Source of the DNA: Eledone cirrhosa
Lineage: Eukaryota
Assembly (NCBI GenBank): GCA_964016885.1
Contig: OZ024743.1
Coordinates: 196,416,001 to 196,480,000, forward strand
Direction of reading: 5' to 3'
Length of the DNA stretch: 64,000 bases
This document shows, one piece after another, positions 1 through 14,161 of this stretch; the first letter of the stretch is position 1; every line of letters begins with the position of its first letter. The translations under genes were made by a program, and so were the position numbers. A model generated the notes under the pieces. It had not been told where the DNA came from. It saw only the letters and a program-made list of their open reading frames with translations, and ran no database searches.

Positions 1-176
1 TTTGAACATCTGAAACTACTTCGCTTTTCCTTATTCGATATATATATATATATATATATAAAGGACTTGAACATCTGAAACTACTCGCTTTTACTTATTC
101 GATATTTACTCCGTCACTCCTTTGTGGAAAAAGTACGTTGAGTGCTTGAATTGAATTGCATCAATATTTACCCTAA

Positions 177-292
<116 letters not shown>

Positions 293-327
293 GGTCCTAC
301 TCGTTCCTATATATAGTTTTAATATAG

Positions 328-552
328 ATGAGATTATACACGACTAGAACTGTTTCATTCTTGAGAAATTTTCAGGAATCTGACTGTCGAAATAATTTCG
401 ATTTACTTGGACAGTCAGATTCCTGATGATTTCTCAAGAATGAAACAGTTCTAGTCCTGTAGAATCACATGTATATTAAAACTTTTATTCTCTGCTATGT
501 ATTGAGTACCTTACTTACTGTGGTTACCTCCGATTCAACCCGGAATAACTTA

Positions 553-556
<4 letters not shown>
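328..556 (+). mobile_element. Short HHR-bearing non-autonomous element (family B) with 5' inverted duplication
   Basis: 328-388 is an inverted copy of ~410-468; flanked by (TA)n; a related copy lies at 42545-42735 on the minus strand. Confidence 0.7.
418..466 (+). ncRNA. Type I hammerhead ribozyme (family B)
   Basis: GAUUC-CUGAUGA-U-UUCU ca AGAA-U-GAAA; helix III ACAG/CUGU; GUA cleavage triplet; stem I GAUUC/GAAUC. Confidence 0.75.
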
Positions 557-587
<31 letters not shown>

Positions 588-784
588 TTTTTTCAGTGTG
601 GTCTACCCGTGGTGGTAGGATCCGTACCGTAGATAGAACTCAATGTCATCTGATGGCGAGTAATCCAGTGAAATCCATAGAAAGGTTCCGTGTTCTGCTG
701 AGTTAATTCCTTAGATATAGAGTCAGATATAAGTAGGTAAATAAGTCGACATTGTTGTTATTATTTTCATTGTTAAATTAATAC

Positions 785-825
<41 letters not shown>

Positions 826-967
826 AAATCCTCGGTACAGTTAGGTATATTATTTTTAAAAAGGGTAAAGAATGACTTCACTTCTTTTATATAGTAATAA
901 TAAGTTTGTTCTAGCGGCGACAGAAAAACCGAGCCAAACGAATCGAATATTATTATTATTCGATACA

Positions 968-1162
968 AATGGTGGATTGGCAGTATCGGTAGAGGGTCTG
1001 ACGCCATGCTTTGAAGCATAGAGTTACGGCCCTTGTCATTCTGAGTTCAAATCCTGCCGAGGTTAACTTTGCCTTTCATCCTTACGGGGTCGATAAAGTA
1101 AAGTACCAGTAATACACTGGGATAATTGTTGGCCTTGTGCCCAAAGTAGAAACAATTATTAT
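968..1162 (+). mobile_element. tRNA-derived SINE
   Basis: A-box-like TGGCAGTATCGG, B-box GAGTTCAAATCC, conserved central GCCTTTCATCCTTACGGGGTCGATAAA..GTACCAG; several copies in the window. Confidence 0.8.
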
Positions 1163-1340
1163 TCGATACAAAATTCACGAATGCAATATATATATATATA
1201 TATAGATTAATTTAATAGGTTACCGTCTGTTATACGTAGACATCTCCATGAAATGATAAGATATATTAACAAATTAATAAACCGACTTATTTTAGTGGGT
1301 CTAGCTTATATCCCCCAAATGTTGGCTTAAGTTTATATAC

Positions 1341-1432
<92 letters not shown>

Positions 1433-2028
1433 TTGTGTGTGTGTGTAAAAGGTAAACAGTAATAACAACACAATCGGTGCAGTTTATGAAAGGAATATAT
1501 TAAGTTAACGCTTGAAATAGCAGGAAGAGGGTTTTGGAGGCTAGTCCTTCATGAGAAGAAAGAATGAGAAATAAGATAGATTGAAGGGATGGCGGGGTGG
1601 TATTTGAAAGAAATCTCTTTTGATAAAATTATCAGGTTCATTCATGTTGACATCGAAAACTGTTGATAATGGCGTTTTATACATATGTATGTATAAACAT
1701 ATATATGTACATATAATATCTAGTCAAACGCTTTAAAAGTTTTGTCTACTCACTGTCCTGAATGTTTAGTAAATAAACGTAATGTCTAAAGTAAAGTTTA
1801 CCTCGGTGTTATTTGAACTCAGGATGTAATTAAACCACAAAATGTTTCGTGCGTTGCTATAATACAAAGGTTCTCAAACTTTTGTGGCCACCACCCCACT
1901 TACGGCCACGTAATACTCTCCGTCCCCCCTCCCAATCCTATTTCTATGGAGACCTGCCTAAACGCAAATTGTAAATAGTATATAATAAATAAAATCGTTA
2001 ATTTATATATTATATATAATAGTTTCTT

Positions 2029-2057
<29 letters not shown>

Positions 2058-2065
<8 letters not shown>

Positions 2066-2417
2066 TACAAATATTAATAAAATAGATGTTCTTTTGGTCA
2101 ATTAAATTTTATTATACATATTTCAGAGGTACAACAGTACGTCCTCATCAGACAAAATATAATGATACATGACATACTACCTTGATTAAATCTTAACCAT
2201 TTAACATCTCAGGGTATGTCATGTATCATTATATTTTGTCTGATGAGGACGTACTGTTGTACCTCTGAAATATGTATAATAAAATTTAATTGATCAAAAG
2301 AACATCTATTTTATTAATATTTGCATTTTAATATTAATAACTCTGGAAAATTATTTAGTGCTTCCAGTCTGGTGTGAAGCTGGTTCTTTGATGTACTCAT
2401 TGAATCTTGTTGAACTC

Positions 2418-2420
<3 letters not shown>
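2058..2420 (+). mobile_element. Palindromic HHR element (family C); HHRs at 2106-2158 (-) and 2233-2285 (+)
   Basis: ~120-bp inverted arms; AUUUUGU-CUGAUGA-stem II-GAAA-UAUGUA-UA-AUAAAAU on both strands; embedded in (TA)n. Confidence 0.75.
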
Positions 2421-2460
<40 letters not shown>

Positions 2461-2496
2461 CATATATAATATGTATGTATATATCTTGTTGAACTC

Positions 2497-2557
<61 letters not shown>

Positions 2558-2562
2558 TAATA

Positions 2563-2710
2563 AATAATTGTTTCTATTTTTGGTACAAGGCCAGCAATTA
2601 TCCCAGTACTTTATTTTATCGACCCCGTAAGGATGAAAGGCAAAATTAACCTCGGCAGGATTTACAGGATTTGAACTCAGACCGTAAAGGGACGTAATTC
2701 TATGGTGCAT
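2563..2710 (-). mobile_element. tRNA-derived SINE, partial
   Basis: Reverse complement of the 968-1162 family. Confidence 0.75.
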
Positions 2711-2714
2711 ATAA

Positions 2715-2735
2715 TCTATACATATAAAACTGAGG

Positions 2736-2829
<94 letters not shown>

Positions 2830-3348
2830 TTGAGTTTGAAGCCCTAAAACTCGAGAAGTACCCAACCGATTTTTTTCAAACTTTACATGAGTATTACTTA
2901 TGTTTCAGGGAGCGTTATGCACATAAAAGAATTCAACTTTTTCATTCCCCAGGGCCCGCATTAGGTTAAAAACTGCGGGTTTTTTCCGATTTTTATGGGT
3001 TGTTTGAGGCGTTACGTCAGACCGATTTCTTCGAAATTGTAACTATGTATTAGTCAGTCGCTTCTTCATACCGTGAGCAAAGAAAATCCAACTTTTTTTA
3101 TGGCCTAGGGCCCGCATTAGGTGAAGAACTTCATTTTTTTTCATTTTTTTAGGGCTTTTTTGAGGCGTTACGTCTAGCCGATTTTCCTTAAATTTCAAGG
3201 CATATTATGCACATTAAAAAAAATCATTTTTTTTATCCCCTAAAAAACTTTTTTTATCCCCTAAAAACAGGTGAAAACCTGCATTTTTGTTGTGGCGGCC
3301 CGCGTTCCAAAACACCTTATCCCGTGCAACGCCGAGTACCACTGCTAG
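2715..3348 (+). mobile_element. Non-autonomous Helitron-like element
   Basis: 5' TC (TCTATACATATAAAAC), internal (TG)n and ~150-bp subrepeats, GC-rich subterminal CCCGTGCAACGCCGAG, 3' CTAG, inserted between A and T. Confidence 0.7.
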
Positions 3349-4684
3349 TAAACAATATAATATATATACTATTATGTATTTTTTTTCTTTTACTATATTT
3401 ATATATATATATATATATCATTTGGTATCTAATATACTATTGTATCATCTCTACCACCTCCCACCATCCCCTTAGGCCCTAGCACCCCCTTGGACCTTCT
3501 CAACGGCCCCAGGGGGGGGGGGGGGTTGCGCCCACTTTGGGAACCTCTATTCTAATATGTCTACCAGTCTGCCGGCCTTCTAGAATATTAAATTCTACAG
3601 TGAACGAGTAGCTGGAAAAGGCAGAAAGCCTGGATTATACACTGTGAGCACCATATTAGTAAAATGGGGAATATTACTATATTGAACGTCTGTTCAATTA
3701 TGTATATTCTTCAATGCTGTAAAAGGTATGTAGGTTAGAAAGTTGCTTTATGTGTCTGCTAATGAAATTTCTACAACCGTCGGAACGTAAATCCTATAAC
3801 TATACCATAACTTAATATTCAGTTTTAAATTCCAAATGCTGTAATTTGAAAATGTTCCAAATATTTCTTTTGACAGACATAATAAAAAAGAAAAATAGAA
3901 AAAATAAGAAATCGTTATCCAAAACTAACATAAAATCAGCAATTACCTAGAATTATTCATCCTTATCCATCATTAATGTAAAATCTATCATTAAAACAAA
4001 ATCAATATAAAGACCATCTATCACGTTAAAACAGAGTTTGTTGCCATCCATAATAATGTTGTTGGCTTTCTGCTAAAAGACAGAATTTTTTTCTCAGTCC
4101 CGCAGACAAAAATATATATATTTGGCATCAACATACAGTCAAATTTACACATCAAAAATATCCGGGCAGATAGCATATGAAAGGAAACAAAAAATACGGT
4201 TTAACCCGATAACGACAAATGAATACAATACTTGAGAAAAATATCTTGTAGTTGTGAATCACCCATGCTGGGTGTTCTTAGAACAATAACATGCATAACA
4301 GTGCAACCTAAATATGAAACTGTCGCCTTTTGACATCTTTGAACAATTACTGTATATATTTCTTCCCTCCTGCTAAACAGCTGAAAGATACTACTGTTTC
4401 TTTACAACAATTAACTTAACCTGGTAAAATTTAGATTAAAGCAGACGATTGTTCTCAGCTACCAACAGTGACGACAAAGAAATAACTCCATTGTTTTCAT
4501 CACTTCTCGTTGCACGTGAAGCATAATTTTCACAAACAATTCTGTACATTAGATGATTAGTTTCAGCCAGCGGCTAAAGAATTGGAATTTTCTAAAGATT
4601 GGAAAACATCAGGACCGAGGAAAAAATAACTGGAAAATAAAGTTGTATATATGTATGTATATATATATATATAAATATATATAT

Positions 4685-4855
4685 AACGAAGGAAATGTGG
4701 TAAGGAACCAGGTGGACCATAACGCACCAAAGTACTCAATACTTAGGGTAGTAGAGTGGGTAATAGGAACAAGTAAGACCCCGACGGCTGAGCTCAAGCC
4801 GTCCAGAATTAGCCGTCGAAACGGCTTGAGCTCAGCCGTCAGGGTCTTACTTGTT

Positions 4856-4860
<5 letters not shown>
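4685..4860. mobile_element. Truncated family G element forming a hairpin from the HHR 3' half
   Basis: GAAACGGCTTGAGCTCAGCCGTC plus an inverted copy (4763-4860); matches 20730-20860. Confidence 0.65.
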
Positions 4861-4897
<37 letters not shown>

Positions 4898-5096
4898 TGT
4901 AATAAATATTTATTACATAACGATTAAGCTCTGTTACCTACATAGAGCACTCATTTTTCCTGGACTTTTCCGACGGAATTACTTCATTTATATATATATA
5001 TATATATACAGAATTAAGGATGGTTTACCGGAGGGGATCTGTAAAAACCACAGCTAAATATTATGGTACTTAATACCTTAGTACAGAAGAAGCATA

Positions 5097-5149
<53 letters not shown>

Positions 5150-5150
<1 letters not shown>

Positions 5151-5567
5151 AAGGTTAAACAAGGTTCAATGAGTAAATCAAAGAATTAGTTTTACAATAG
5201 ATTGGAAGCACTCAACACAAATGGTTTGGCGGAGTTATTGATATTAATTCAAAATATTAACAAAAATAGAACTTCTTGTGATCAAGTATATTTTATTATA
5301 CGTATTTCAGAGGTACTGAGCTAACTTCAACAGTACGTCCTCATCAGATAAAATAAGATGATGCATGACATACCCTGACATAGTAGATGGTTAAGGTCCT
5401 GTCATGACTGGATCTTAACCATCTACTATGTCAGGGTATGTCATGCATCATCTTATTTTATTTGATGAGGACGTACTGTTGAAGTTAGCTCAGTACCGCT
5501 GAAATATGTATAATAAAATATACTTGATCACAAGAAGTTCTATTTTTGTTAATATTTTGAATTAATA
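5150..5567 (-). mobile_element. Palindromic HHR element (family C); HHR at 5289-5355 (-) intact, 5454-5520 (+) with C3U
   Basis: UAUUUUAU-CUGAUGA-GGACGUACUG..CAGUACCUCU-GAAA-UACGUA-UA-AUAAAAUA; ~155-bp inverted arms. Confidence 0.8.
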
Positions 5568-5599
5568 CATATATATATATATATATTATATATGTATAT

Positions 5600-5699
<100 letters not shown>

Positions 5700-5786
5700 T
5701 AAAAGGAAAAGAAAATGCTGATTTGTCAGCATTTTCTTTGCCTTTTACTAATATATCCCAACTCGTGTGTTACACCTCTATTTTTT

Positions 5787-5851
<65 letters not shown>

Positions 5852-6029
5852 AGAAGCAAAAAATTGCTTATTGTGATCCAGTTTTTGGTTAAGAAAGCCA
5901 GTTTCATGGATGGTTTCAACGTACGGTTAGGGGTAACTCCACAAGTTTGTAAGAATTCCGTTCAATCTTGGAGTATAAAGTATAAAAGAGAAAACACAGG
6001 TAAGCATTAAGAGAAGGATTTAATCCAGG

Positions 6030-6130
6030 TATTTACGACCGTTTCATTGGTAAGTGCAACCTTATATTGCTATACTGCAAATAACAGCCACTCAATTATA
6101 ATTGTTGTTCACAGTCCAAATTTTCAAAAT
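6030..6130 (-). ncRNA. Candidate HHR with U3-A8 core (family D)
   Basis: AUU-UUGAAAA-U-UUGG...CCAA-U-GAAA-CGGUCG-UA-AAU; adjacent inversion 6141-6195 vs 5985-6038. Confidence 0.45.
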
Positions 6131-6211
6131 TTTCAAAATAGTCGTAAATACCTGGATTAAATCCTTCTCTTAATGCCTACCTGTGTTTTCTCTATTATAT
6201 ATATATATATA

Positions 6212-6856
6212 TAAAAGAATAGAGGTGTAACACACGAGTTATGATATATTGGTAAAAGGAAAAAAAATGCTGACAAATTGTTACCAGTGAAAAATAGTTT
6301 AATTAGGAATAAGTAAAAATTAGTAATAGTATTGGTTAGTATTAAGTTTTGGTTTTAAGTTCCATCGGTTGCGCATTTCTAATGCTTTTCAAAATTATTT
6401 TGAGATAGAGCGCCCGTGATGTTTGCTCTAATCTGATTAGTTTTGGAAATTCTACCTGTAAAAAAAATGGCTCCAGATGTATGAAAAAATTCTTGTGGTC
6501 AAAACAATTTTGATTGGTCGGTAGAGGTCATGTGAATGTTAAAAATTGATTTTGCGCCAAATGTAGGTTTGTCTCGGCTGATTAAGAAGTCACTGAAAAA
6601 TAAGTCTTTCAAGACAAATATGTGTGTGTGTGTGTGTAGTAGTAGTAGTAGTAAAGAGGTTCGTTGTTGTGATAATGGTCAGCAGAGATGTGTGTGCAAA
6701 CCGCAGCCTACTGACAGTTCAAATGCCTATTAAGACAAGTGTGTGTGTACCAGAGTAATTCGTGGTAGAGGGATGGTCATAGGAATGTGTCTGTACGTGT
6801 GTGGAGGATATTTTAACATGTTAAAAGATATTTTTCAGCTCTTGTCTTATACGGAG

Positions 6857-6895
<39 letters not shown>

Positions 6896-6941
6896 TCTTT
6901 GTATGTTAATGTACGCGTGTGTATGTGTGTGTGTGTATATA

Positions 6942-6993
<52 letters not shown>

Positions 6994-8543
6994 GGTGGAC
7001 CAGTATTTTTGTGATACTGGTAAAAATGGTGTACATTATTCGATATTTTCAGTAAAAACGATTCTCTCAATAGAAAATCAAAAACCTTAATAATAAAAGG
7101 TGTGAAATGATATATAGTATTGTCATAATACCAAGGTGTGTGTGAGTGTGTCAAGATTGTACGTACTGGAAGGGGAAACCATTAGGCCTTGCCGTATTGG
7201 AATACTTGTGTACAAATATGTATGTGCCCATCAGTGTGCATTGCATGTGTGCGTATATGTATGTGTGTGTGTCGGCACGTTTATATCTATAGACATCAAA
7301 AGGTATGCAAATTTGTGTATATTTGTGTTGCACCATAGAACATGTGTGTTTACGTATGTCATTGTGTTTATATGTGGATAGAGATGTATGCTGATGTAGG
7401 TATGTATGTTGACGTGTGTATGTTATGGGTTCGTCTTAGGGTGCAGTGTTTAGACGGGGTCCGTATTTGTTAATAAAGTGAGATTCCTTGCTGATGCGCT
7501 GGGTGCGGGTGGCATTATCTTTAAATTTGTAGAGGGGAAAGATTCTGAAGTTGGGATGATTTTGGGCGGCACAGGTATCAATGTGTTCACTCAGTGGTAT
7601 TTTCCTGTATTCCCGTATTTTAATTTGGGATCTATGGACAGTCATGCGTTAGCGGAGGCTGTTTTTGGTCTGGCCTATGTATTGTTCTCGGCAACTTGAG
7701 CAAGTTAATACATATATTAGATTTTTTGATGCGCATGTGAAATTGTGTTTTACTATAAAACGTTGTCCATCTTTGAAATAGAATTCCGAACCCTCTATTA
7801 GGTTGATGCATATGCCACAGTTGGGTCTATCGCATTTTTTTACTGTGGGTTTGGTGGTTGTAGTTGGCAGTATTTTGGCATGTGTTAGGATGTTTTTCAT
7901 TGACTTAGATTCTCTTTTGCTCTTTATGATATCGTGTGTTCGTAGGATTTGGTTCATTCTATGGTCCTTTTTCAACACAGGGATGTTCTGGAGGATGGTG
8001 TCAAAGGCCTCATTGTTGAGGGGTTGTGTGTGGAGATGTATGGAAGAGCTTTTAGTTTCGATTGATTTACTTTAGGGTGTCTAAGGTCCTGGTACTGAGT
8101 TTTAGGGCACGTTGGATTCCATTGTCAATTACTGATGCAGGGTAGTCCCTGCCTATGAGTGTGTCCTTTAGTTCTTGTAGCCGTAAGTAGCAGGTGTTTT
8201 TATTGGAGACTATAGTACACATTCTCTTGGCTAAGTTGTAGGGAATATTAATTTTAACGTGTCTAAGGTGGCAAGAATTGAAAGGAAGATATTGCTTGGA
8301 GTCTGTGGGCTTGTAGTATATGTCTGTTTCTATCTTTTTGTTATGGATCTTAATGAGGATGTCGAGGAAGGGGAGTTGTTGATGGCTGTATTCCATCGTG
8401 AAGTTAATATTCGTGTTGAGCCCATTTATATGGGTGTGAAATTCTTTAAGTTTCTCGATGTTTTCGTGCCAAAGGATGAAGCAGTCATCTAGATATCGCT
8501 TCCAGTTCCTTTCTATGTGTAAGTGGAGAATGTTTCCAAAATC
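6212..8543 (-). mobile_element. Inverted 3' copy of a Penelope-like element (RT C-terminus, GIY-YIG, 3' UTR/pLTR)
   Basis: ORF 8067-8549 (RYLDD, LPFLD, YYKPTD) and ORFs 7649-7978/7436-7645 (LIY..YIGQT); mirror of 10110-11843. Confidence 0.92.
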
Positions 8544-8959
8544 ACTCAACTACTACGCGGATGCCTCATCGTCAAACATAGGGAAAAGATACCACCACCA
8601 TGATAGGTGTAACAACTTCCCCGCTTCAAGGGGACAGCAAAATAATTTCCATTTTCTCAACTCTCGCTTCCACAATACACAACAAACCCACACCACACAA
8701 TACAATCAACAACGTAGGCCACCTATAACACCACATCTAACATGGCACATAGAAACACACATCCATACTCGCAATACAGGAACACCTCATTCAATCTACA
8801 ACCACGAACCCGAACCACATTTTACAACAACAAGGAATATAACAAACACAGGAGACCACTTAACATCAGCAGACAACCCCTCTACCCCAACCATCTTTTA
8901 GACACAGCACACAGATACAGGCAAACAAAATAACACAAGACAGGGAGGAGAAACCGAGA

Positions 8960-10806
8960 GTAATAAAAATTATCAATCTAACTAGTGCAGAACCAACACC
9001 CAACCTTATCAACTTACTCTCCAAAGGTCTTAAATTCACACCGACCCCACTACGTCCTAACTACTATGAAATGAAGGAAGACATTACAGACTTCTGTAGA
9101 AAGTTACGACTCAGTGAAGAACTATTCGACCGGTACAATGAGGATGAATCATTAGCCAGAAATAGAAGCAATTACACCCCATCAAAAGGTAGAAATAAAA
9201 TCCTGGACGAATTCTGTGAACACATCACAAACTTCCCTTACCAACACTTGCACAGACAAAAACACAAGCCAAACCTCAACAAGAAAGAATGGGAAAAATT
9301 AAATAGATTAAAAACCGACAGAACCATTACAATTAAAGAGGCTGATAAAGGGAGTACAGTAGTCCTAATGGAGACAGAATTCTATATCAACTTAGCGCTC
9401 TCCACTTTGGAAAACGAAACATACTACGAAAAGGCTGAACACTACAATCAACAGAAAATTATGAGAAACCTAAAAACTCTCATCAACCAATACAAAGAAG
9501 GACTCACTAACAAGGAATTCAGCTTCATCACAGACTTCACAAGTAAATCCAGCCTTTTCTACGGTATCCCTAAAGTACATAAAAGCAAATTAATAAGTAA
9601 GGCATGCAAGGAAGCCACAGACATAGTCATCAATGTCCCCTCACCCAATGATCTCAAATTAAGACCTATAATAGCAGGCCCCGCTTGCGAAACCCACCGC
9701 CTTAGCAATTTCATTGATACCCTTCTCAAGCCTTTTCTGAAACACATCAAAAGCTATATAAGGGATGACCTAGATATGCTCAATCACCTCCCTAATATGC
9801 CCCTTTCTGAACAAACCTTACTAGTGACGTTCGATGTAGTCAACCTATACTCCAACATCCCCCACAACCTAGGAATAGAAACTATCCAATTCTGGCTGGA
9901 AAATTAGCACAATGAACTCCCACAAAGCATCAAAAAAGAACTCGTGATAGAGGGACTCAAATTTATCTTGGAGAACAATTACTTCGTTTTCAATAACAAA
10001 CCCTACAGGCAGAAATCTGGGACCGCTATGGGAACGAAAACAGCCCCCACTTATGCCAACCTAGTCATGGGATATCTGGAAATCACCCTCTACACTAAAG
10101 TACGAAACAAATTTGGAAACACTCTCCACTTACACATAGAAAGGAACTGGAAGCGATATCTAGATGACTGCTTCATCCTTTGGCACGAAAACATCGAGAA
10201 ACTTAAAGAATTTCACACCCTTATAAATGGGCTCAACACGAATATTAACTTCACGATGGAATACAGCCATCAACAACTCCCCTTCTTCGACATCCTCATT
10301 AAGATCCATAACAAAAAGATAGAAACAGACAATCTACGTCAATGAAAAACATTCTAACACATGCCAAAATACTGCCAACCACAACAACGAAACCCACAGT
10401 AAAAAAATGCGATAGACCCAACTGTGGCATATGCATCAACCTAATAGAGGGTTCGGAATTCTATTTCAAAGAAGGACAACGTTTTATAGTAAAACACAAT
10501 TTCACATGCGCATCAAAAAATCTAATATATGTATTAACTTGCTCAAGTTGCCGAGAACAATACATAGGCCAGACCAAAAACAGCCTCCGCCAACGCATGA
10601 CTGCCCATAGATCCCAAATTAAAATCCGGGAATACAGGAAAATACCACTGAGTGAACACATTGATACCTGTGCCGCCCAAAATCATCCCAACTTCAGAAT
10701 CTTTCCCCTCTACAAATTTAAAGATAATGCCACCCACACCCAGCGCATCAGCAAGGAATTTCACTTTATTAACAAATACGGACCCCGTCTAAACACTTCT
10801 CCCTAA
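8960..10806 (+). pseudogene. PLE RT-GIY-YIG polyprotein, disrupted
   Basis: Premature TAG at 9905-9907; internal deletion near 10330 removes thumb/linker sequence that is retained in the inverted copy. Confidence 0.9.
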
Positions 10807-11177
10807 GACGAACCCACAACATACACACGTCAACATACATACCTACATCAGCCTACATCTCTATCCACATATAAACACAATGACATACGTAAACACACAT
10901 GTTCAATGGTGCAACACAAATATACACAAATTTGCATACCTTTTGATGTCTATAGATATAAACGTGCCGACACACACACATACATAAACGCACACATGCA
11001 TTGCACACTGATGGGCACATACATATTTGTACACAAGTATTCCAATACGGCAAGGCCTAATGGTTTCCCCTTGCAGTACGTACAATCTGGACACTCACAC
11101 ACACCTTGGTATTATGCCAATACTATATATCATTTCACAAAAATACTGGTCCACCCACACACACACACACACATTAT

Positions 11178-11211
<34 letters not shown>

Positions 11212-11695
11212 CACACACACACATATATACATACACACATACACACGCGTACATTAACATACAAAGAGACATATACACACACACACACACACTTCTCCGT
11301 ATAAGACAAGAGCTGAAAAATATCTTTTAACATGCTAAAATATCCCCCACACACGTACAGACACATTTCTACTGACCATCCCTCTACCACGAATTACTCT
11401 GCTACACACACACGCACACACACACACACACCTCTTTACTACTACTACACACACACACACACACATATTTGTCTTGAAAGACTTATTTTTCAGTGACTTC
11501 TCAATCAGCCGAGACAAACCTACATTTGGCGCAAAATCAATTTTAACATTCACATGACCTCTACCGACCAATCAAAATTGTTTTGACCACAAGAATTTTT
11601 TCATACATCTGGAGCCACTTTTTTTACATAAAACAGGTAGAATTTCCAAAACTAATCAGATTAGAGCAAACATCACGGGCGCTCTATCTCAAAAT

Positions 11696-11735
11696 TATTT
11701 TTGAAAAGCATTAGAAATGCGCAACCGGTAAAACT
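11696..11735 (+). ncRNA. Atypical HHR-like motif in the PLE pLTR (family E)
   Basis: UUU-UUGAAAA-GCAUU aga AAUGC-GCAA-CCGG-UA-AAA; GCAA replaces GAAA; also at ~6360-6395 and ~18085-18125 (-). Confidence 0.4.
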
Positions 11736-12265
11736 TAAAACCAAAACTGAATACTAACCAATACTATTATTAATTTTTACTTATTCTTAATTAAACTATT
11801 TTTCACTGGGAACAATTTGTCAGCATTTTATTTTCCTTTTACCAATATATATATATATATATATAATATATATATATATATATAAATAATATATATATTA
11901 TCTATATATATTATATATATATATATCATATATATATATATATATATTATATATATAATATATATATTATATATATATATATTATATATATATCATATAT
12001 ATATATATTATATATATATCATATATATAAATATATAATATATATATCATATATATATATAATATATATATATTATATATGTATATCATATATATATATA
12101 TTATATATATATGTATATATTATATATATATATATTATATATATATTATATATATTATATGTATAATAATAATATTGTATATATATTATATATATATTAT
12201 ATAGATATATATATATATTATATATATATATTATATATTATATATTTATATATTATATATATATA

Positions 12266-13830
12266 ATTGAAAAAGTGGAGAATACCATGGTCAACAGTAC
12301 AAAAAAGGGGATTTATTTGCAGACTAACGATTATTTCACTGATAGAGTCGTCTAAAAATTGCTGAACACTAAAAACAGTGCCACTCAATTTTAAATACGA
12401 TGTTAACTCTATTAGATCATCGGAAACTGTTAAAAATATATATATATGTAATCGGCAAATTTACAAATTCAAATTACATCATCAATAATAATATTAATAA
12501 TAAAGATATAGAGAGAAAAGGTGGAAGAAAGGGAGATAGATACAGTAAAGAAAGAAAGGAAAGGAAGGAGAAAGAAGAAGAAGGAAAAAGAAAAAGAAAA
12601 AGAGAAAGAAGAAGAAAAGGAGAAATTATTATAGATAGAAATATAAAGAGAGGGAGATATATAGAAGATGATGGTATATAGATGAGAGACAAACATAAGT
12701 AAGAATAACGTAGGATAGAAAGAAGAATAGAGGGACAATAGATGAATAAACGTTAATACATGAATAAATGTGAATAAAAATTAAAATTGATATATAAAAA
12801 ATATATGAAAAAATATATTTAAAAAATATATTTAAAAAATATATATAAAAAATTGATAAATAAATAAATAAGTTATATCTAATGTGATATAAAATGGTAT
12901 AAAATGTGAAAATTGAAGAATAAAAATAAATAGGTAATAGGAGTAAAAAGAGTAAAAATGTGCGAAGAATATTTAAAATATTAAAATTACTGAGAATGGT
13001 TTTTGAGAATTGTTGAAATATGGAGAGATAATGAGGTGAAAATATGATAATGTTAAATATATTTATGTGTGTATTGGTTATTTTAATAAATAAATTAATT
13101 AATTAGTTTTAAGTTATATTATATGATAAAATAAAATGACAGAGATGAAATAAATTTAGGGAGAGAAATATAAAGATAAAGAATGAAAAGTAGAGATATA
13201 TAAAATAAGAATGTAAATATAAGAGGTTTTGATGTTGTTCTTTAATAGATGATGACAATTATAATTATAATTTTAATTATAATGATGATGATGTTGATAA
13301 TGTGATATCATAATAGATCCAAGTGGTACAATCTGGGTTATGGAATAGATAAGATGGAATTAAACTGGTCTAAAGTTCTAAAATTTAGTCGCCGATTTAT
13401 GTCGACAAAAAATGTTTTTTTCTATTTTACTGTTAAGAAGAATTTTCTTCTTCTTTCTTTTCTTTTTTTTTCCTTCTTCTTCTTTCTCCTTCCTCTCCTT
13501 TCTTTCTTTACTGTATCTATCTCCCTTTATTCCTCCTTTTCTTTCTATATCTTTATTATTAATATTATTATTGATGATGTAATTTGAATTTGTAAATTTG
13601 CCGATTACATATATATTTTTTTTGTTAACAGTTTCCGATGATCTAATAGAGTTAACATCGTATTTAAAATTGAGTGGCACTGTTTTTAGTGTTCAGCAAT
13701 TTTTAGACAACTCTATCAGTGACACAATTGTTAGACTGCAAATAAATCCCCTTTTTTTGTACTGTTGACCATGTTATTCTCCACTTTTTCAATTGTATTA
13801 CTCCAAGATAAACTTACATAGGAATACAAG
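12266..13830. mobile_element. Inverted-repeat element (family F); HHR-like motifs at 12320-12429 (-) and 13629-13738 (+)
   Basis: Arms 12266-12590 / 13465-13795; CAGUUU-CCGAUGA-long stem II-GA(A/C)A-CAAUUG-UU-AGACUG. Confidence 0.65.
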
Positions 13831-14161
13831 TGAAATCATAAACTCCTCATCTACATAAACCTCTTGTTGAGTCAAGCAACGCCGTACGCTAAAACTATCC
13901 ATAATAAGAAGCATTCACAACCTCTAATTGTATTACCTATAACGATATTTTGTTATCCTATATATTATATATATATATATATAATATATATCCTATATAA
14001 CATATATAATATATATCCTATAAATAACCCTACAAACGTCCCTGACCCGAGTTAATTTCCTGGACGTTATCCTCGATCTCAATAATGACCTGTACTACCC
14101 ATACAGGAAACCCAATGACAACCTGCACTACATCCACCGCCGATCTAACCATCCTAGGAAC

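Larger units (their letters stand above)
1865..3549. mobile_element. hAT (Charlie-like) non-autonomous DNA transposon with nested insertions
   Basis: TIRs CAAAGGTTCTCAAA / TTTGGGAACCTCTA; imperfect 8-bp flanks CTATAATA / TTCTAATA. Confidence 0.6.
8543..11843 (+). mobile_element. Penelope-like retroelement (Neptune-like), 5'-truncated
   Basis: RT motifs ADKG, RPII, FDVVNLYSNI, GTAMG, RYLDD, then CxxxxCxxC linker and GIY-YIG, then microsatellite-rich 3' UTR. Confidence 0.93.
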
